DNA of 64,000 nucleotides from Eledone cirrhosa. Taxonomy: Eukaryota. Made by a program: the position numbers and the translations under genes. The stretch covers positions 70,122,001-70,186,000 of the forward strand of contig OZ024747.1 of NCBI GenBank assembly GCA_964016885.1. Reading direction: 5' to 3'. Positions 1 through 14,103 of this stretch are shown piece after piece. The notes beneath the pieces are model-generated. The model was not told where the DNA came from. It saw only the letters and a list, made by a program, of their open reading frames with translations, and did not search any database. How positions within the stretch are numbered: position 1 is the stretch's first letter; each line of letters starts with the position of its first letter.

Positions 1-961
1 TTGGTCAATAAAAAATACAAGAAACCTCAAATTGTGAAAGAAAATGTTAATTTTGATAAATCAGCTGCTGCATCAAAATGTCTACAGGCTACTTCTTTCC
101 CATGAGACGTTACATTTCCACAGAACCTAATTACAATGTTATTCACAGATAGGGTTGTTATACAAAAAGATACCCCATAACTAGAATGTACCTACACCTT
201 TAAAAATACAGAATAGTGATGGATCAAACCAATACAAAAAGAACCATTTGGTGTAAACATAACAGAATTGATATTGTTGTATGAGACAAAAGAGCATAAG
301 TCATGCTGTAGAGATCATCTGCATAGATTTTAATAACTCTTCTGAAGCAGTGAAGAAAGAGAATATCTATGGTAAACTAATGCAGAAATTACACAACTGT
401 TATCAAAGCTATGTAAAATCCATTCGAATATATTTGCATAAAAGCCTTGAAATCCTGGGGTATTAAAAAAAAGGACAAAGCAAACTGACTTCTATTCACC
501 AAATTCAATAAATTCATAAAATATTCCAAGTACTTGCTATTTCAGTTTAATTAAATGAACATATAAACACATTAAAGTATGTATATGGCATGCACACACT
601 CACATGAAAAAAATAATTTGCACAGTCCTAGGTACTAAACAGTTATGTATACCAATTACATGACTGCAATTATATCCACACATGCAGAGTTATATATATG
701 CACATACTAGATTACATTCTCAAATCCATGGAACTGTTTTAAGTAAAAAAAAAGTCTTTTGATCTTATTAATAACTGCTTTAAATATGGTGAAGAAATTA
801 AATAAATCTCAAAGTAAAACACACATATAAATGTGTTTCTCCAAGCTCACTGTGAAACAAAGACGTGGGGACTGATGAGTAGACAGGTGTGAAGGAAACG
901 CCTGTGCCAAACGTTTCTTCAGCAACAAAGCTGATGATTCTCCCCCACTCTCATATATATA

Positions 962-1118
962 TATAACAAAGAGAGTGTGGTAAGATACCAGGGGGACCAT
1001 AATGCACCAGGGTTTTCAACACTTAGATTCCTACCATTCTAATACTGGTGGCTTAGTTCGCATCTAGCTGTCGAAACAGCCAGAGCTCAGCCGTCGGGGT
1101 CCTCACTCATTTCCTACA
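962..1118 (+). mobile_element. Short (TA)n-flanked element carrying a hammerhead 3' half (GAAAC-stem III-GTC); relative of the copies at 28117, 62027 and 62933
   Basis: GAAACAGCCAGAGCTCAGCCGTCGGGGTC at 1073-1101. The left part (gtgtggtaag...gaccataatgcaccag) aligns by eye with 62036-62083. TA runs lie on both sides. Confidence 0.55.
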
Positions 1119-1289
1119 TATATATACATAGCTATCAACCTTAATGCATTGAAACAGTAGTGATTTCCAGAAGTTGACTGAGGAGATGGGTTTGTCTATC
1201 TTTCCAATGTTTTTCCATTGTTTTTAACCTGTGCCCCCCCCCCTCCATTTTGAATATACATATTTATATCTTTTTATTCTCTTCTTCGC

Positions 1290-1845
1290 CTACTTATTCC
1301 TGAGAAGGTGGTTGGGCCAGAGTCCTCAATCACTCCTTTCAATTGAATCCTGTCAGAAGCAAACATTTCAAACTGATCAAGCTGGATCCCCAAGTGAGAC
1401 AAGCCAAGCTCGAAGTCTACCCCTGTGTCCTTTACTGGTTGGTTTTGCTCATAAAATCTGTCCAGCAATTCTTTCTTTGAGACATTCTAACCACATACCT
1501 ATAGTATCAGAGCTGTGATCTCTCTATTGAGAAAAGTAGCAACTCTACCCAGAGGGACTCACTGATCTCCAAGCTATGCAATGTATTCATTAACTTAACT
1601 CAAAAGACCCTTCAGATGGACTCCATTTCAGCTGTTTGTATCTGCAATTGTATTCGTTTGTTCACTACCCAAGATACATGACCATAATTAAGTGTTGGCA
1701 CAAATACCGAATTGAAGATAGCAAGTTTGGCTTTTACACCTACCTCACTTTTCCTGGTTACTGAATACTAAAGCTGATGTATTTCCACACCAGCTCCAGC
1801 AATTATTGTCCATAATATAGCCTCCTGCCTTCCATAGTTTCTTTG
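1290..1845 (-). mobile_element. Old RTE-clade LINE 3' fragment (family B)
   Basis: Aligns by eye with 50829-51345 and with the reverse complement of about 8150-8620 (shared ggatccccaagtgagac). Heavily degenerate. Confidence 0.6.
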
Positions 1846-2094
1846 CTCATTTGACTGAGAATAGATGGGGCTATCTCTAAGTTCATTTATCTGTTGTGAA
1901 GTATGCAGTGCATGTTGCCTGCACCTTGAGAGGTGCCAACACAGCCAATGCGTAATACTTAGTCAAGAACAGTGTTGATCAGGGAGTTTAACTGGCTTGG
2001 TAAATCTGTCAAAAGGTAACACATGTGTCTCAAGGTGAGCTCAGCATAGACAGAGACCACATGTTGAGCAAAAGGGCACGAGGTCACTCAATCA

Positions 2095-2680
<586 letters not shown>

Positions 2681-3149
2681 GTGGTGGTGGATAGGGAGAG
2701 TGGATAAAGAACAGGTTAGAGTGGAGGCAGTAGTGTATAAATGAATTATCTCTGTTATCTGCTTTTCACTGCTTCTGCATTTGTTCCTCTCCCTACTTCC
2801 CCAATCTCTATTGCCCTCTCACCTCTCATTCGCTCTCACTATCCATTCCTTTCCTCTTCTATTTGCTTGTATACATTTCTCTATCTTCATCAATGTCTCT
2901 TGTTACCTGTCCACCTCTTTTTCTTTCTTCCTTTCTTTGAAATATGTTTCTCTATTATACATATGTATGAGCAGATATATGTTAAAGTTTCAATGTCCTT
3001 ACACACGCACATACATACACACACATTTACATATATATATACATATATATATACGTATATATATACATATATATATATATATGTAGAGAGAGAGAGAGGG
3101 AGATAGAGAGAGAGGGGTAAATATAGGGATGATGAGTAAGAGACCATAA

Positions 3150-3480
3150 GGAATTAACTATTAACAAATCCACAGAAACAGTTGTATTTCAAAAGTGTTG
3201 TCAAAGTTATTCTGAAAAGAGTCAAAGAAATTACTCCATTCTTGCAAAAGGAATGAGATCTTTACTGCTTCTAATAGCAAGATTATTGTAAAAAGCCAGT
3301 CTCATTTTCACATGATCCTACCAAGTGAACAATCTTTTGTCCATATCTCTCATTTCACAAATGTCGCGTGCTATTAATTGATAATTTTCATCTGAATATA
3401 CCCACATCAGATGTTGTCCTTATGCTTTCTTTATAAACATGAATAAATGCATCCATTTTGTATTAATGCTGCAGTGTCTA
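3150..3480 (-). mobile_element. Possible highly decayed hAT (Charlie/ZBED-like) transposase fragment
   Basis: Minus-strand pieces read KWMH..FIH..KES and TFVKMRDMDKRLF, resembling the hAT HCIIHREAL...VNFIK.RPLNSRLF region. Multiple stops and frameshifts. Confidence 0.25.
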
Positions 3481-4364
3481 CTAATCTTTTACCTTCTAAA
3501 ACTGGATAAGTAGAATGAATAGCAACAATATAATATAATACACCATACTATTGAGTTCATGAGTCAGCATATTAGTAAATATCTTCTGGATATTATTTTG
3601 TCATTTGTAATCTATTCTTTCGTACAAACACACTTTTGTTTGGTTTGTTTGTATTTTGTTGTTTTTCTTTTACTTTTTGTTTCGCTTCATCTCTCTTCAC
3701 CATCTTTGTGTACAACAGTAAGTATTCAATCTTGTTGTTTTAAGTTCATGTAATCAATAACTAATTTAAAAACTGCAGAAAACTTGCTTATTTTTATTAC
3801 CATCTTTAATGTATTCTAACATTTACATAATTGCCTAATCAGCTTCCAATTAGGTCATTCATTTATTTTTCTTGTGTGAGAAGAATTTTCAGTTAGTTTG
3901 GCACACCACTAGTGAGTAGGTTTTCTTTTTCTTATCAATTCTGTTGCCAGAATGTTAGGAAGAAGAATTTTAGTAATATGTTTCAGAGAAAATATCTCGT
4001 GGGAGTGTTCTGAATACTAACTAAGAATACAGTAGAGTATCACATATTTAATTCAGTGAAGTGAAATACTTTGCTTAACTGAGGTGATCCATGCAATTAA
4101 TGGACAAAACTCCCTCTAGTGAGTGTGTAACATCTAAGAAACAAACCTCCAAACAATGGAAAATTAAGGCAAAATCAATTAAATAAAGTTTTGGGAAGTA
4201 TAGCATGGGAGTTAGTATTGTCTTTTATCCAACTAGTTAAAATAATAGTTCTATTGTATAACTGTATTTAGTGCTTTTCCCTAGGCACAGGACACTGGGA
4301 ATGATGATATATTAGCTCATAGTCAACAACATACTGCTCATCCTGCATTTTGTCTTTATGACAC

Positions 4365-4585
4365 AGCCCACACTGTAAAGTGGTCATGTAGGTGTCATGA
4401 CAAAAGACACCTAGTACTCACTGTAAATGAGGTTGGCATTAGGAAGTAGAAATCAAGGCAAAATCAGTTCTGTAAGAGCAAGACATGGTCACCTGACCTA
4501 GCATTGCCCACAACAGGACAACTCATCTAACCCATGCTAGTGTGGAAGAATGGACGTAAAATGGTGACGAAGACGATGATGAGGA
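4365..4585 (+). mobile_element. RTE 3'-UTR-derived short repeat (truncated LINE or SINE tail)
   Basis: Has ~43-bp cacactgtaaagtggtc units, ...cccatgctag...tggacgtaaa and a (GAT)-like tail, matching 39290-39565. Confidence 0.75.
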
Positions 4586-4909
4586 CACCCTGTCCATATA
4601 TGTTAGCTACTTGAAATTACAATTTCTATTCTAATCAATTTTGGATCCACTGAAAAATGTTTTGTTATAACTTGATCAAGCTAAGTACAAAGAAATAAGC
4701 CAACATATTTACTGCAGTATAAAATTTACTCTGTAATGTTTCATCTTTAGTCTCAGAGGACATGTGAAGGCCATAGTAATAGTCCCTTCCTATTGACTAA
4801 GTTTTAAAAATCAGATTCCTAGCATGGCAGCAACTAATTAAATGCTTGAGGTTTCAATTTTTTTTAAATGATTTAATCAAATGTTTACAGTATAGAATAT
4901 TCTGCTTAA

Positions 4910-5141
4910 CCCTTTAGCATATAAACTGGCCATATCTGGCCAGAACTCTCTCCCCTGTTTCTGTTGAAACCAACTGTAACTGGCCGCTCATACGAATATT
5001 AAGGCATTTTTCTCAAAATAAATAACATCTCACATAATATAAAATTTTGTAGATTCGATATTATGTTAGATAATTGTGTAAGGTAAAGCCTTTACCATGA
5101 AAATATAACAGTATATATAAAGTAATGTAAATGTTAAAGGG
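4910..5141. mobile_element. piggyBac-type MITE
   Basis: TTAA at 4906-4909 and 5142-5145 flanks the TIRs CCCTTTAGCAT / ATGTTAAAGGG. Confidence 0.75.
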
Positions 5142-6011
5142 TTAAAACACCCAAGAGCCAGGTAGTAGTTTTAACCCAGGTGACAGTCTAAGTATGTCTC
5201 TCAATTTGTTGCTGTGTAATCCTAGGTTAGCCCTGATTGCTTAGATTTATGATAAAAGTAATTCCCACTATGATTTTTTCCACTTTTATTTTTAAGAGTA
5301 TTGTAGGTAAAACTACATAATCCAGTGTTTCTTTTCTTTTAATCCTGTAGGGTGTGATCTGTGTTTGATTTAGATTAGACTAAGAGCCAAGAATAGGTAC
5401 CTTATTCAGTTTGTTTAATTTTATATTGTTTTCAAGTATGCTATAGTCTGCTAGAACGCTTATAATGAATCTCATTTTATAATTTTGTGTGTATTTGGAG
5501 AATAACTGATTGAAATAGAGACGGGTAAGATCAACATGGTTTACTAAAAATAGTTTTCCTCCTTTCATGTGATGTTTGCAGCTAAGAATAATGATTTAAT
5601 ATAACAGACTATTTATTTTCTTTGCAGCTATATATTTTTGTCATACAAAACCAACACATCTACAACACAGCATTGTCTATTCGAAAGATTAATGCAAGGT
5701 TTAAAATTTCACAGCTGCTAAAACCTGAGTATCTCACATTCTTTTCTGTTTGGCTGAAATGATAGTAAAATAAAGGCTTGATAATTACTTAACTTTCTCT
5801 TATTCGTTCATTGTTCCACATAATATATATATATATACAATAATGAGAGGTACACAAATATATGTGTATACATACATATATATGCATATATACACATACA
5901 TTTTTCACAAGTATGTGAGATTGTGTGTTGTCAACCTTAACCAGTGTTGCTCTATGACTATGAGAGACAAGATAATCGGAATAATTAAATTGACTCTATA
6001 TCAGAGCTATG

Positions 6012-6225
6012 TAATATATTATAAAGTAAGAAGAAATATTAGACATAAATAAATACCCATTTTTTCTTCAAATTCCCGACTGTAAGTTTCATGGCTACTA
6101 TGCAAACATCCTATATCGGATAGAGGATTTTTGCATAGTAGCCATGAAACTGTACAGTCGGGAATTTTAAGAAAAAATGGGTATTTATTTATGTCTAATA
6201 TTTCTTCTTACTTTATAATATATTA
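6012..6225. mobile_element. Near-perfect ~105-bp-arm palindrome with a hammerhead 3' half on each arm
   Basis: The arms are reverse complements with few mismatches. GAAACTGTACAGTC at 6146-6159 gives palindromic stem III ACTGTACAGT and a GUC site. A TA run follows. Confidence 0.7.
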
Positions 6226-6261
6226 TATTATATATATATATATATAAAGAGAGAGATAGAG

Positions 6262-7092
6262 ATATGCAGAGGGCTCAAAGTTGAAGGAAGATATGGTGTA
6301 GGAAGACTTAGGAGGATTTGGGATGAGGCGATAAAAGCTGAACTTGCACAATTGCACCTCTCAATGGCAATGACACAGGATTAAGATATCTGGTATTATG
6401 CAGTAATACAGAAGACCCATCTTCCCAGGTGCATGGGTTGAAGTATACATCTAGTATGCACTACCTTCCCCTTCCCCCTTCCATACACTTCCACATCCTA
6501 ACACCCCTCCCCTTTGTCCAAGTCCCTCCCTCTCATGCACCTCTCATATCCTAACACTCCACCCTCTCACATACTCCCCTACATCTACCACCCAAATCAC
6601 CAAACATCTCCCCCCACCCAAGTTCCCAACCCACACTTTAAAGTGGTTGTCATGGCAACATGACAAAAACCGCTCAGCCCATACTGTAAAGTGATCATGT
6701 AAGTGTCATGACAAAAAGTACCCAGCCAGAATCTCTCTTATATGAGCAAGACACAGTCACCCAACCCAACTGGCCTCTAGTTGGGACAAACCCGTCTAAC
6801 CCATGCTAGCATGAAGATAGATATTAAACGATGATGATGGTGATGATGGTACCACAAAACATCCAGTCCACACTTTAAAGTGGTCATGTAGGTGTCACAA
6901 CAAAAACACCCAGCACACACTGTAAATATGGTTGATGTTAGGAAGGGCACCCAGCTGTAGAAACCAAGCCCAAACCAGTTCTGAATGAGCAAGGCATGGT
7001 TATCTGACCTGGTTTGTCGCACAATGGGGCAACTCATCTAACCAAAGCTAGCATGGAAAAATGGACATTAAACGATGATCATGATGATGATA
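6262..7092 (+). mobile_element. 5'-truncated RTE LINE 3' end followed by a second 3'-UTR copy
   Basis: Translates as CRGLKVEGRYGVGRLRRIWDE...IWYYAVIQKTHL, homologous to the C-terminus of ORF 38715-39179. Two (GAT)n tails at ~6830 and ~7075. Confidence 0.8.
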
Positions 7093-7789
7093 TATTTATT
7101 AAAATTTGTTCAATGTTTCATAAAAATTCAATTGATTGCTTACATTCATTTGTTGATAGATGTTGCTTAAAATGATGGATATGTGGCTAGCCTTGCTTTG
7201 GTGTAATGGCAGCACAACCCTCCAGTATATAAAAGATGTGACTTTTAGTCCCATGGGCAATGCAGTTTACTTTTTCCTTTTCTAGAGGTTTATATGTTCG
7301 ACTATTTTTCATAATCAAAAGGCCTGCATTGAATGAGCTTATTTTAAGCTGATATGCTAGTACATCAAAATTTCATAATTTGCTAAACATTTTGTAAAAA
7401 TATCATTGATAGTTTATATTCTCTATCTGATTCTGTTCACATTTTTCAATCTATAACAGCTTATTAGCTCAATTTGTATGAATATATTTCATAGCCAAAT
7501 TCCTGCATAGAAGAAGTTTACTTTAAGCTAACATACATTAAAATTTATAATTTGCTCAACACCTCTTTAAAATATTATATATACATATATATATAACTAT
7601 GATATATATCTGCATATATATATACATAAAAGAATTTATAATATACTTCTACTGCTTAGAGTACAATTTAATATATCATTGAATTAACTTCTACAATAAG
7701 CTGTAAAATTATGCAAAATACTAGGTTCAGTTTTCTAGATTTGTCTTATCCTATGGTTGCATGTCATTGACAGCTTCCGAGTAAGATCA

Positions 7790-8640
7790 AAACTTGACGC
7801 TGAAAGAAGTATCAAGACTTGTGGATGTAAGATCAGCCGGTTGGAATTTGCAGACGACATGGTACTACTTAACTCATCGGTAGTTGATCACTGTCATGCA
7901 CTTCATAGCTTTGCTGCTAAGTGCTGCATGACATAGCAGGAATGAGAATCAGTGCTTTGAAAACTGAGACACTCCTCGTCTCAAGGAAGCTTCTACAAAG
8001 CACTCTACATGTGAGTGCAGATCTACTGAAGTAGGTGGAGAAGTTTAAGTATGTTGGGGCTGTGTTTATGAGTGATGGAATGCAGGAGGCTGCATTAAAT
8101 GTAAGATTTACAGAAGCCAATGCAGCAATGCACCAGCTACAGCATTCAGTCATCAGAAGATGGTAAGCGTAAAAACTAAATTTGCTATCTTCAATTTGGT
8201 TTCATGCCAACCCTTATCTAAGATCATGAATTTTCGGTAATGACGGAAAAAATATAATCACAATTACAAGTGGCTGAAATGGGATTCCTCGAAAAGGTAT
8301 TTAGAGTAACGTTTCTCAAATAAATGCATAGCTCAGAGAGTCCTGGCAGGTAGAGCCACTACCTCTCCGAATTCAGAAATTACAGCTAAACTACTATGGA
8401 TATGTGGTCAGAATGTCCAGAAGGATCGCTGGACAGATTTTATTGACAAAATCAACAGACAGGAAACCCAGGAGTAGACCCCAAGCAAGATGGCTGGACA
8501 ACATCCATGAGCTCAACTGGTCTCACTTTGGGATCCAGCTGAATCAATTGGAGAGAGCTGCTTCTGACAGGACTTGCTGGAAGGTTGTGAGGAATCTACC
8601 CCTACAACCCTTCAAGCAATAAGTGAGCTAAGACAAAGAA
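7790..8640 (+). mobile_element. Old RTE-clade LINE, RT C-terminal half (family B), decayed
   Basis: LEFADDMVLL (YADD box), KFKYVGAVF, YYGYVVRM and RPQARWLD motifs, with stops and frameshifts. Confidence 0.8.
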
Positions 8641-9015
8641 GTAGATATATATATACACATACACATTGTCATCTGAGTGAGATTATTGTGTATGTGTGTG
8701 TGAAAGAGAGAAACCGATGGAGAGGAAGAAATAAATGAACAAATAAAGAGAAAGTTTGAACTGTAGACAGAGAGAGAGAGAGTAAAGGAGTAAAATCATG
8801 CAGAGAGTTGGGAATAATGTGTGTTTTACCTTCTTCTGAACTGTATCTTCCTTCTCTCTCTCACTTCCACTTCCATTCCAGTAGAATGTTCATTCTTTCT
8901 ACATTATATCTGGATATTAAATTTAAATATTTTTTTCTCTTGGAATATTCTGGGATAAATTTAGGTCTCTGCTAAATTTTGTGATTATTCATTAAGAAAA
9001 AATAAATTCTCATTG

Positions 9016-9368
9016 AAGCACAAGTCCAGCAATTTGGGGGAAGGGGAAAGTCGATTGTATTGAACCCACTTCTTAACCGGTACATTATTTCACCCTTATC
9101 TCAAAAGGACGAAGGGCAAGGTTGATCTGAGCATGATTTGAACTAATAGTAATAATGCTTTCTGATTTAGACACAAGGCCAGCAATTTTTGGGGAAGGGG
9201 AAAGTCAATTAAATCTACCCCAGTGCATTACTGGTATTTTATTTTATCGACCTCCTAGGAATGAAAGGCAAATCTAACCTCAGTGGGATTTGAACTCAAA
9301 ACGTAAAGGGCTGTAACTGAATGCCATAAAGCATGTTGTCTGATGCTTTACCAATACTGCCAATCCAA
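9016..9368 (-). mobile_element. Two older copies of tRNA-derived SINE family A
   Basis: cacaaggccagcaatt...gaaaggcaaa...gatttgaactca motifs occur twice. Confidence 0.75.
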
Positions 9369-11214
9369 ATAATAATTATTTAGAAACACACAAATGCATT
9401 CACTTTCAGAATACATAAATAAGCATATGCATTCCTGGATATTTTCCTACATACAATGCATCAATGCATGCATATATATATTTAATTTCTTTAGTCAAAA
9501 TACGGCGATAGCTAACATTTCTAATAATTTCAAATCCACTCGCTGTTTCGAAAATATTCTTACTTCATATATATATATATATATATATACATTCCTAAGT
9601 AAACACATACACCCATATACAGGCATATACATCCATAAACATATATATACACATAATCATGTTTTTCTATTAGGAATTTAAAAAATGGTAATAATCATGG
9701 TAGAAGTATTCTAAACTCAATTAAATATTGTCTCTTTCTACAACATTAACTACACACTGGTTTTTGTTTACCTATAATCCACTCTTTAGCCACTCTCTGG
9801 TTGGTAGCAGGCCTGAAACACTGATTTAATCCACTCCCCATCACCTGGTTATATGGTACCTTTAATGTACTTCTGTCTATTGTAAGCATTAAAAGCAGAT
9901 AATAGTTCCCTCCCATCAGATATTTTTCTTTCCTGCATACATTGACTGACAGATATTTTGGCTACAGTTTGAGAGGGCTTGCAAATGTAATGAGCACTGC
10001 CCCTTCTCTCCTGGCTAACTTATTTGAAAAGCAAATACAGATAATCTAACCTCTACTCTGATGATAAATGGACTTTACAGCTAATCATGGAAGCCTTATC
10101 TCCTTTTTGACAGACTGCTAGTTGCTTCTATAAACCAAGAACTGCATCATTAGCTATGATATCAGCATAGTAAAGGAAAGATATTTCAATCTCTTCATGC
10201 AGCTACATTTAACCTCACTGATCCATTTAATGCCTATTAATGTGAGAACACGTCAAAAATATGTGATTTAACCTTGTCACAAACAAATTGCCACTTTAAT
10301 AAGATCACTAATATTTTAGACCAAAACATGAATTTAATTTTTTTAATAGAGAATTCTCAGCAATATTTATTCTTACTATAACCTTTTTCTTAAGTTACTA
10401 GTAAAATAATAATAGTATTAATAAATAATGAATAAATAAATAAATTTTGTAATGTATTCAGATAACCAAATAAACAATTCTGAAATATGATACTGGTATA
10501 CATATTTAAAATATAGGATTTAACCATAGATTCATGACAAAAATCAATTTCCATTTTAATAAGATCACAAGCATTTAAAGCCAAAACATTCATTTATATA
10601 ATTTTAAACTGAATAATTTCCTACCATATTAATTCTTTCTATGATTTCTTTTACTTGGTAATAAAACTAAATTTTGTTTACTACTTTATATTTCATTGAG
10701 ACTGGATGGGTAAGACAAGAAGTCACTTAACCTGGTACTTTAAACCAACTAAGTTGGCTTTCTGCTACATCGGACAACTCTGTAGATCTTCTTTATGATA
10801 ATGAAAGTAGAATGATTTATACTTTCTGTTTTAATAACATTTCAAAATTTGATCAAAGTGATATTTCAAAAGTAACAAGGTTTTAGCCTTTCCTTTAATG
10901 AATGAGATGTTCATGGAATTTTGTCTCTTTCAATTTTTATGTATAGTTGGTAATTGCAACTCTTCTCATGCAATTAACATAAAAAAAAGAGAAGCTGGAA
11001 TGGTGACAGCAATTGTTAGTATGCAGGTCATTGTTCAAGTATGCAGTTTCCGACCACAGTGATGTTTAACTGAGGTTACACTGACCTCCCAATACTGACC
11101 AATAATGGCAATAAATATAAATTGCAGAAGCAGAGAAACCAGAAGAGAGAAAGAGTAGGACACTAACTAATTCATTGGATTGAAATATTTTAGAAGGCAA
11201 CAAGGGAGCCTTCT

Positions 11215-11361
11215 TTACTCCAGTTCAGAGTTGTCAGGGAAAATTGCATTAGAGAAGCAACGGCTTGTAGAAGAGAAAGAGGGTAATTGAAAGAATGGCT
11301 CGCAGAGACAGTGCTGTCTGTCGCCTTTTCTCCACAAGCCTTGTATGCTATCTGGAAACAT
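11215..11361 (-). CDS. Candidate terminal exon of an unidentified minus-strand transcript
   Basis: Acceptor atttatttcaattctatttcag precedes 11361. The frame is open (MFPDSIQGLW...SELE*) and phase-compatible with the candidate exon at 16578-16656. No recognisable homology. Confidence 0.15.
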   Translation of the reverse strand: MFPDSIQGLWRKGDRQHCLCEPFFQLPSFSSTSRCFSNAIFPDNSELE

Positions 11362-11544
11362 CTGAAATAGAATTGAAATAAATTTGACTTAGATTGTCAA
11401 TAACTTAGACTGACCAGACAGAGTTGTTTCAGTACAGAATCTGTCTGTTTCCCTGGTAACATAAACTCTGCCTGCAAAAGGTAATAACTAATAAAGAAGA
11501 CTATAAAAAAAGTGTTTCCTCTTATATTCCCTATCAAATATAAT

Positions 11545-11726
11545 TGTTTCTACTTTAGGCATAAGGCCAGCAATTACCTAGTGTATTACTGGTACTTTAT
11601 TTTATCGACCCCGTAAGGATGAAAGGCAAAGTCAACCTCGGCGGGATTTGAACTCAGATCATAAAGGGACGTAACTATGCTGGAAAGCATGGTGCCTGAC
11701 CCTCTACCGATACTGCCAATCCACTG
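11545..11726 (-). mobile_element. SINE family A, full length, with 14-bp TSD
   Basis: A box TGGCAGTATCGG and B box GAGTTCAAATCCC on the minus strand. TSD CTATCAAATATAAT at 11531-11544 and 11727-11740. Confidence 0.9.
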
Positions 11727-11832
11727 CTATCAAATATAATATACTATGATTAGTTACATGAACATTATTTGTTTCCCTCACTGCCATCTGTCAATACTAA
11801 CTGAACAATACTTGGTTATTATTAATTATTAA

Positions 11833-12205
11833 TGATGGATTAGCAGTATTGGTAGAGGGTCGGGCGCCATGCTTTGAAGCATAGAGTTACCTCCCTTTAT
11901 GATCTGAGTTCAAATCCCGCCGAGGTTAACTTTGCCTTTCATCCTTACGGGGTCGATAAAATAAAGTACCAGTAATGCACTGGGATAATTGCTGGCCTTG
12001 TGCCAAAAGTAGAAACAATTAATTATTGGCAGTATCGGTAGAGCGTCAGCCACTATGCTTTGCAGCATAGAGTTGTGGCCCTTTACGTTCTGAGTTTAAA
12101 TCCCGCCGAGGTTAACTTTGCCTTTCATCCTTACGGGGTCGATAAAATCAATCATCAGTAATGTACTGGGGTAATTGCTGGCCCTGTGCCAAAGTAGAAA
12201 CAATT
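11833..12205 (+). mobile_element. Tandem pair of SINE family A copies
   Basis: Two successive units (11833-12020, 12026-12205), each with A/B boxes and the gcctttcatccttacggggtcgataaaat core. Confidence 0.9.
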
Positions 12206-12751
12206 AATTATTAATTGGGACAAGTACTGATTCTTTTTTATTTATCCAGTTATAAATTTATAATTTAAAGTGAGTTATAAATCTAATCTATAAATTTGGA
12301 TATATGCTAACAAAAATGACATTGTTTCTTCCTTTTTTCTTCCCTCTAATAGTGTATTACTAATAAGTGTTATATAATGTCAATGGTTTTTCTTGATATT
12401 GTGAGATTTTATATGTTTGTCTTTATGTTTAGTTGTTAAATTGATATACTTTTATACTTTGTATAAAGAAAAGGAATTTAACCTATATTAGAAAAAACAT
12501 TTAACAAAGGTTCTTACACAAAATTATGATAGAAGATTCTTTGATAAATATGAAGTTTAAAATAAGCAATTTTGTATCATAGACCTAGACAACAAGTATT
12601 TCTCAAATTTGAATACACATTTTACTACTAAAATATACCGTCTGTCATCAGTCAGACAGACTAAGGTAAACAGGTCAATATGATAATGGGGAAATTGATA
12701 TATAAATTGTATTTCCATGTAGTTTTTTTAAATTTCATCTTTTGAATAATA

Positions 12752-12938
12752 ATTGTTTCTACTTTTGGCACAAGGCCAGCAATTATCCCAGTGCATTACT
12801 TGGTCCTTTATTTTATCAACCCTGTAAGGATAAAAGGCAAAGTTAACCTCTGCGGGATTTGAACTCAGACCGTAAAGGGGTGTAACTCTATGTTGCAAAG
12901 CATGGTATCTGACCCTCTACCAATACTGCCAATCCACT
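12752..12938 (-). mobile_element. SINE family A
   Basis: Same consensus, with several CpG-to-TpG/CpA changes. Confidence 0.88.
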
Positions 12939-13479
12939 AAAAATAATAGCAGTAATTTTCATTAGAATTATGATAATTAAATGGTTAAAGTAAAGTTACA
13001 TCGCATTCTAATGAAATGTGATAACACAGAAGACAAAGTAATAAGTACTTAACAACCAATATCAGTGAATACTCTTTAGAGCTGTATAATATTTACTAAT
13101 GATGTTACTTAAACTCATTCTCTTATCTCTTTGTTTCTGATTAGATATCCTATATCTTGTATATATTTTTTGCACAGAGCTTAAAAAAGGAGAGAAACTC
13201 AATGTTTTATATAATGCACAAACAAGAAGCAGTGTTGTTTAAGAGTATTAAATAACTTGCAGTGGTGTATGGTATTACCCACCCACTGAATATGTAAATT
13301 ATTTTTTTCTTTTTCTATTTGTTAAATGTAGATGAGTTAAATTACAGCAGTTTTTTATGGAGTTCTTTACATATAAATTGATTAACTAAGACACACATAC
13401 ACTGACTCACAAAAAATGACACACATACATTTGTGCATCTGTGCGTGTGTGTATACATGTGTGTATATGCATTTATATA

Positions 13480-13529
<50 letters not shown>

Positions 13530-13533
<4 letters not shown>

Positions 13534-13856
13534 GTCACGCAGTAATACAGTAGACCCGACTTCCCACGGGTACAAGCCGAAGCTGAAGCATATAGACAAT
13601 ATGCCCTCACTGCCTCTCACTGCAAAGTGGTCGTGGAGGTGTCATGACAAAGAAGCACCCAGCCCACACTGTAAAGTGGTCGTGTAGGCCCCACAGAAAA
13701 AAAGCACCCAGCACTCACTGTAAATGAGGTTGGTGTCAGGAAGGGCATCCAGCTGTAGAAATGAAGCTAAAATCAGTTCCCATATGAGCAAGACAAGGTC
13801 ACCTGACCTAACATCGCCCACAACAGGACAACCTGTCTGACCCATGCTAGCATGAC
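13530..13856 (+). mobile_element. 5'-truncated RTE 3' end inserted next to (TA)n
   Basis: ggcgtcacgcagtaatacag matches the RTE ORF end at 39115-39135. The 43-bp units and aggaagggcatccagctgtag follow. Confidence 0.75.
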
Positions 13857-13937
13857 AGCCCGCTACTATTATGTATTACACATCCATCAGAGCATGATGG
13901 TTTCATTTATTTCCAAAACTGCACCACAGTCGGGATT

Positions 13938-14103
<166 letters not shown>

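Noticed and set aside
60-470. Possible RT relic (ICIDFNNSSEAV)
   Set aside because: Only a weak motif resemblance, and the motifs are not in the expected order.
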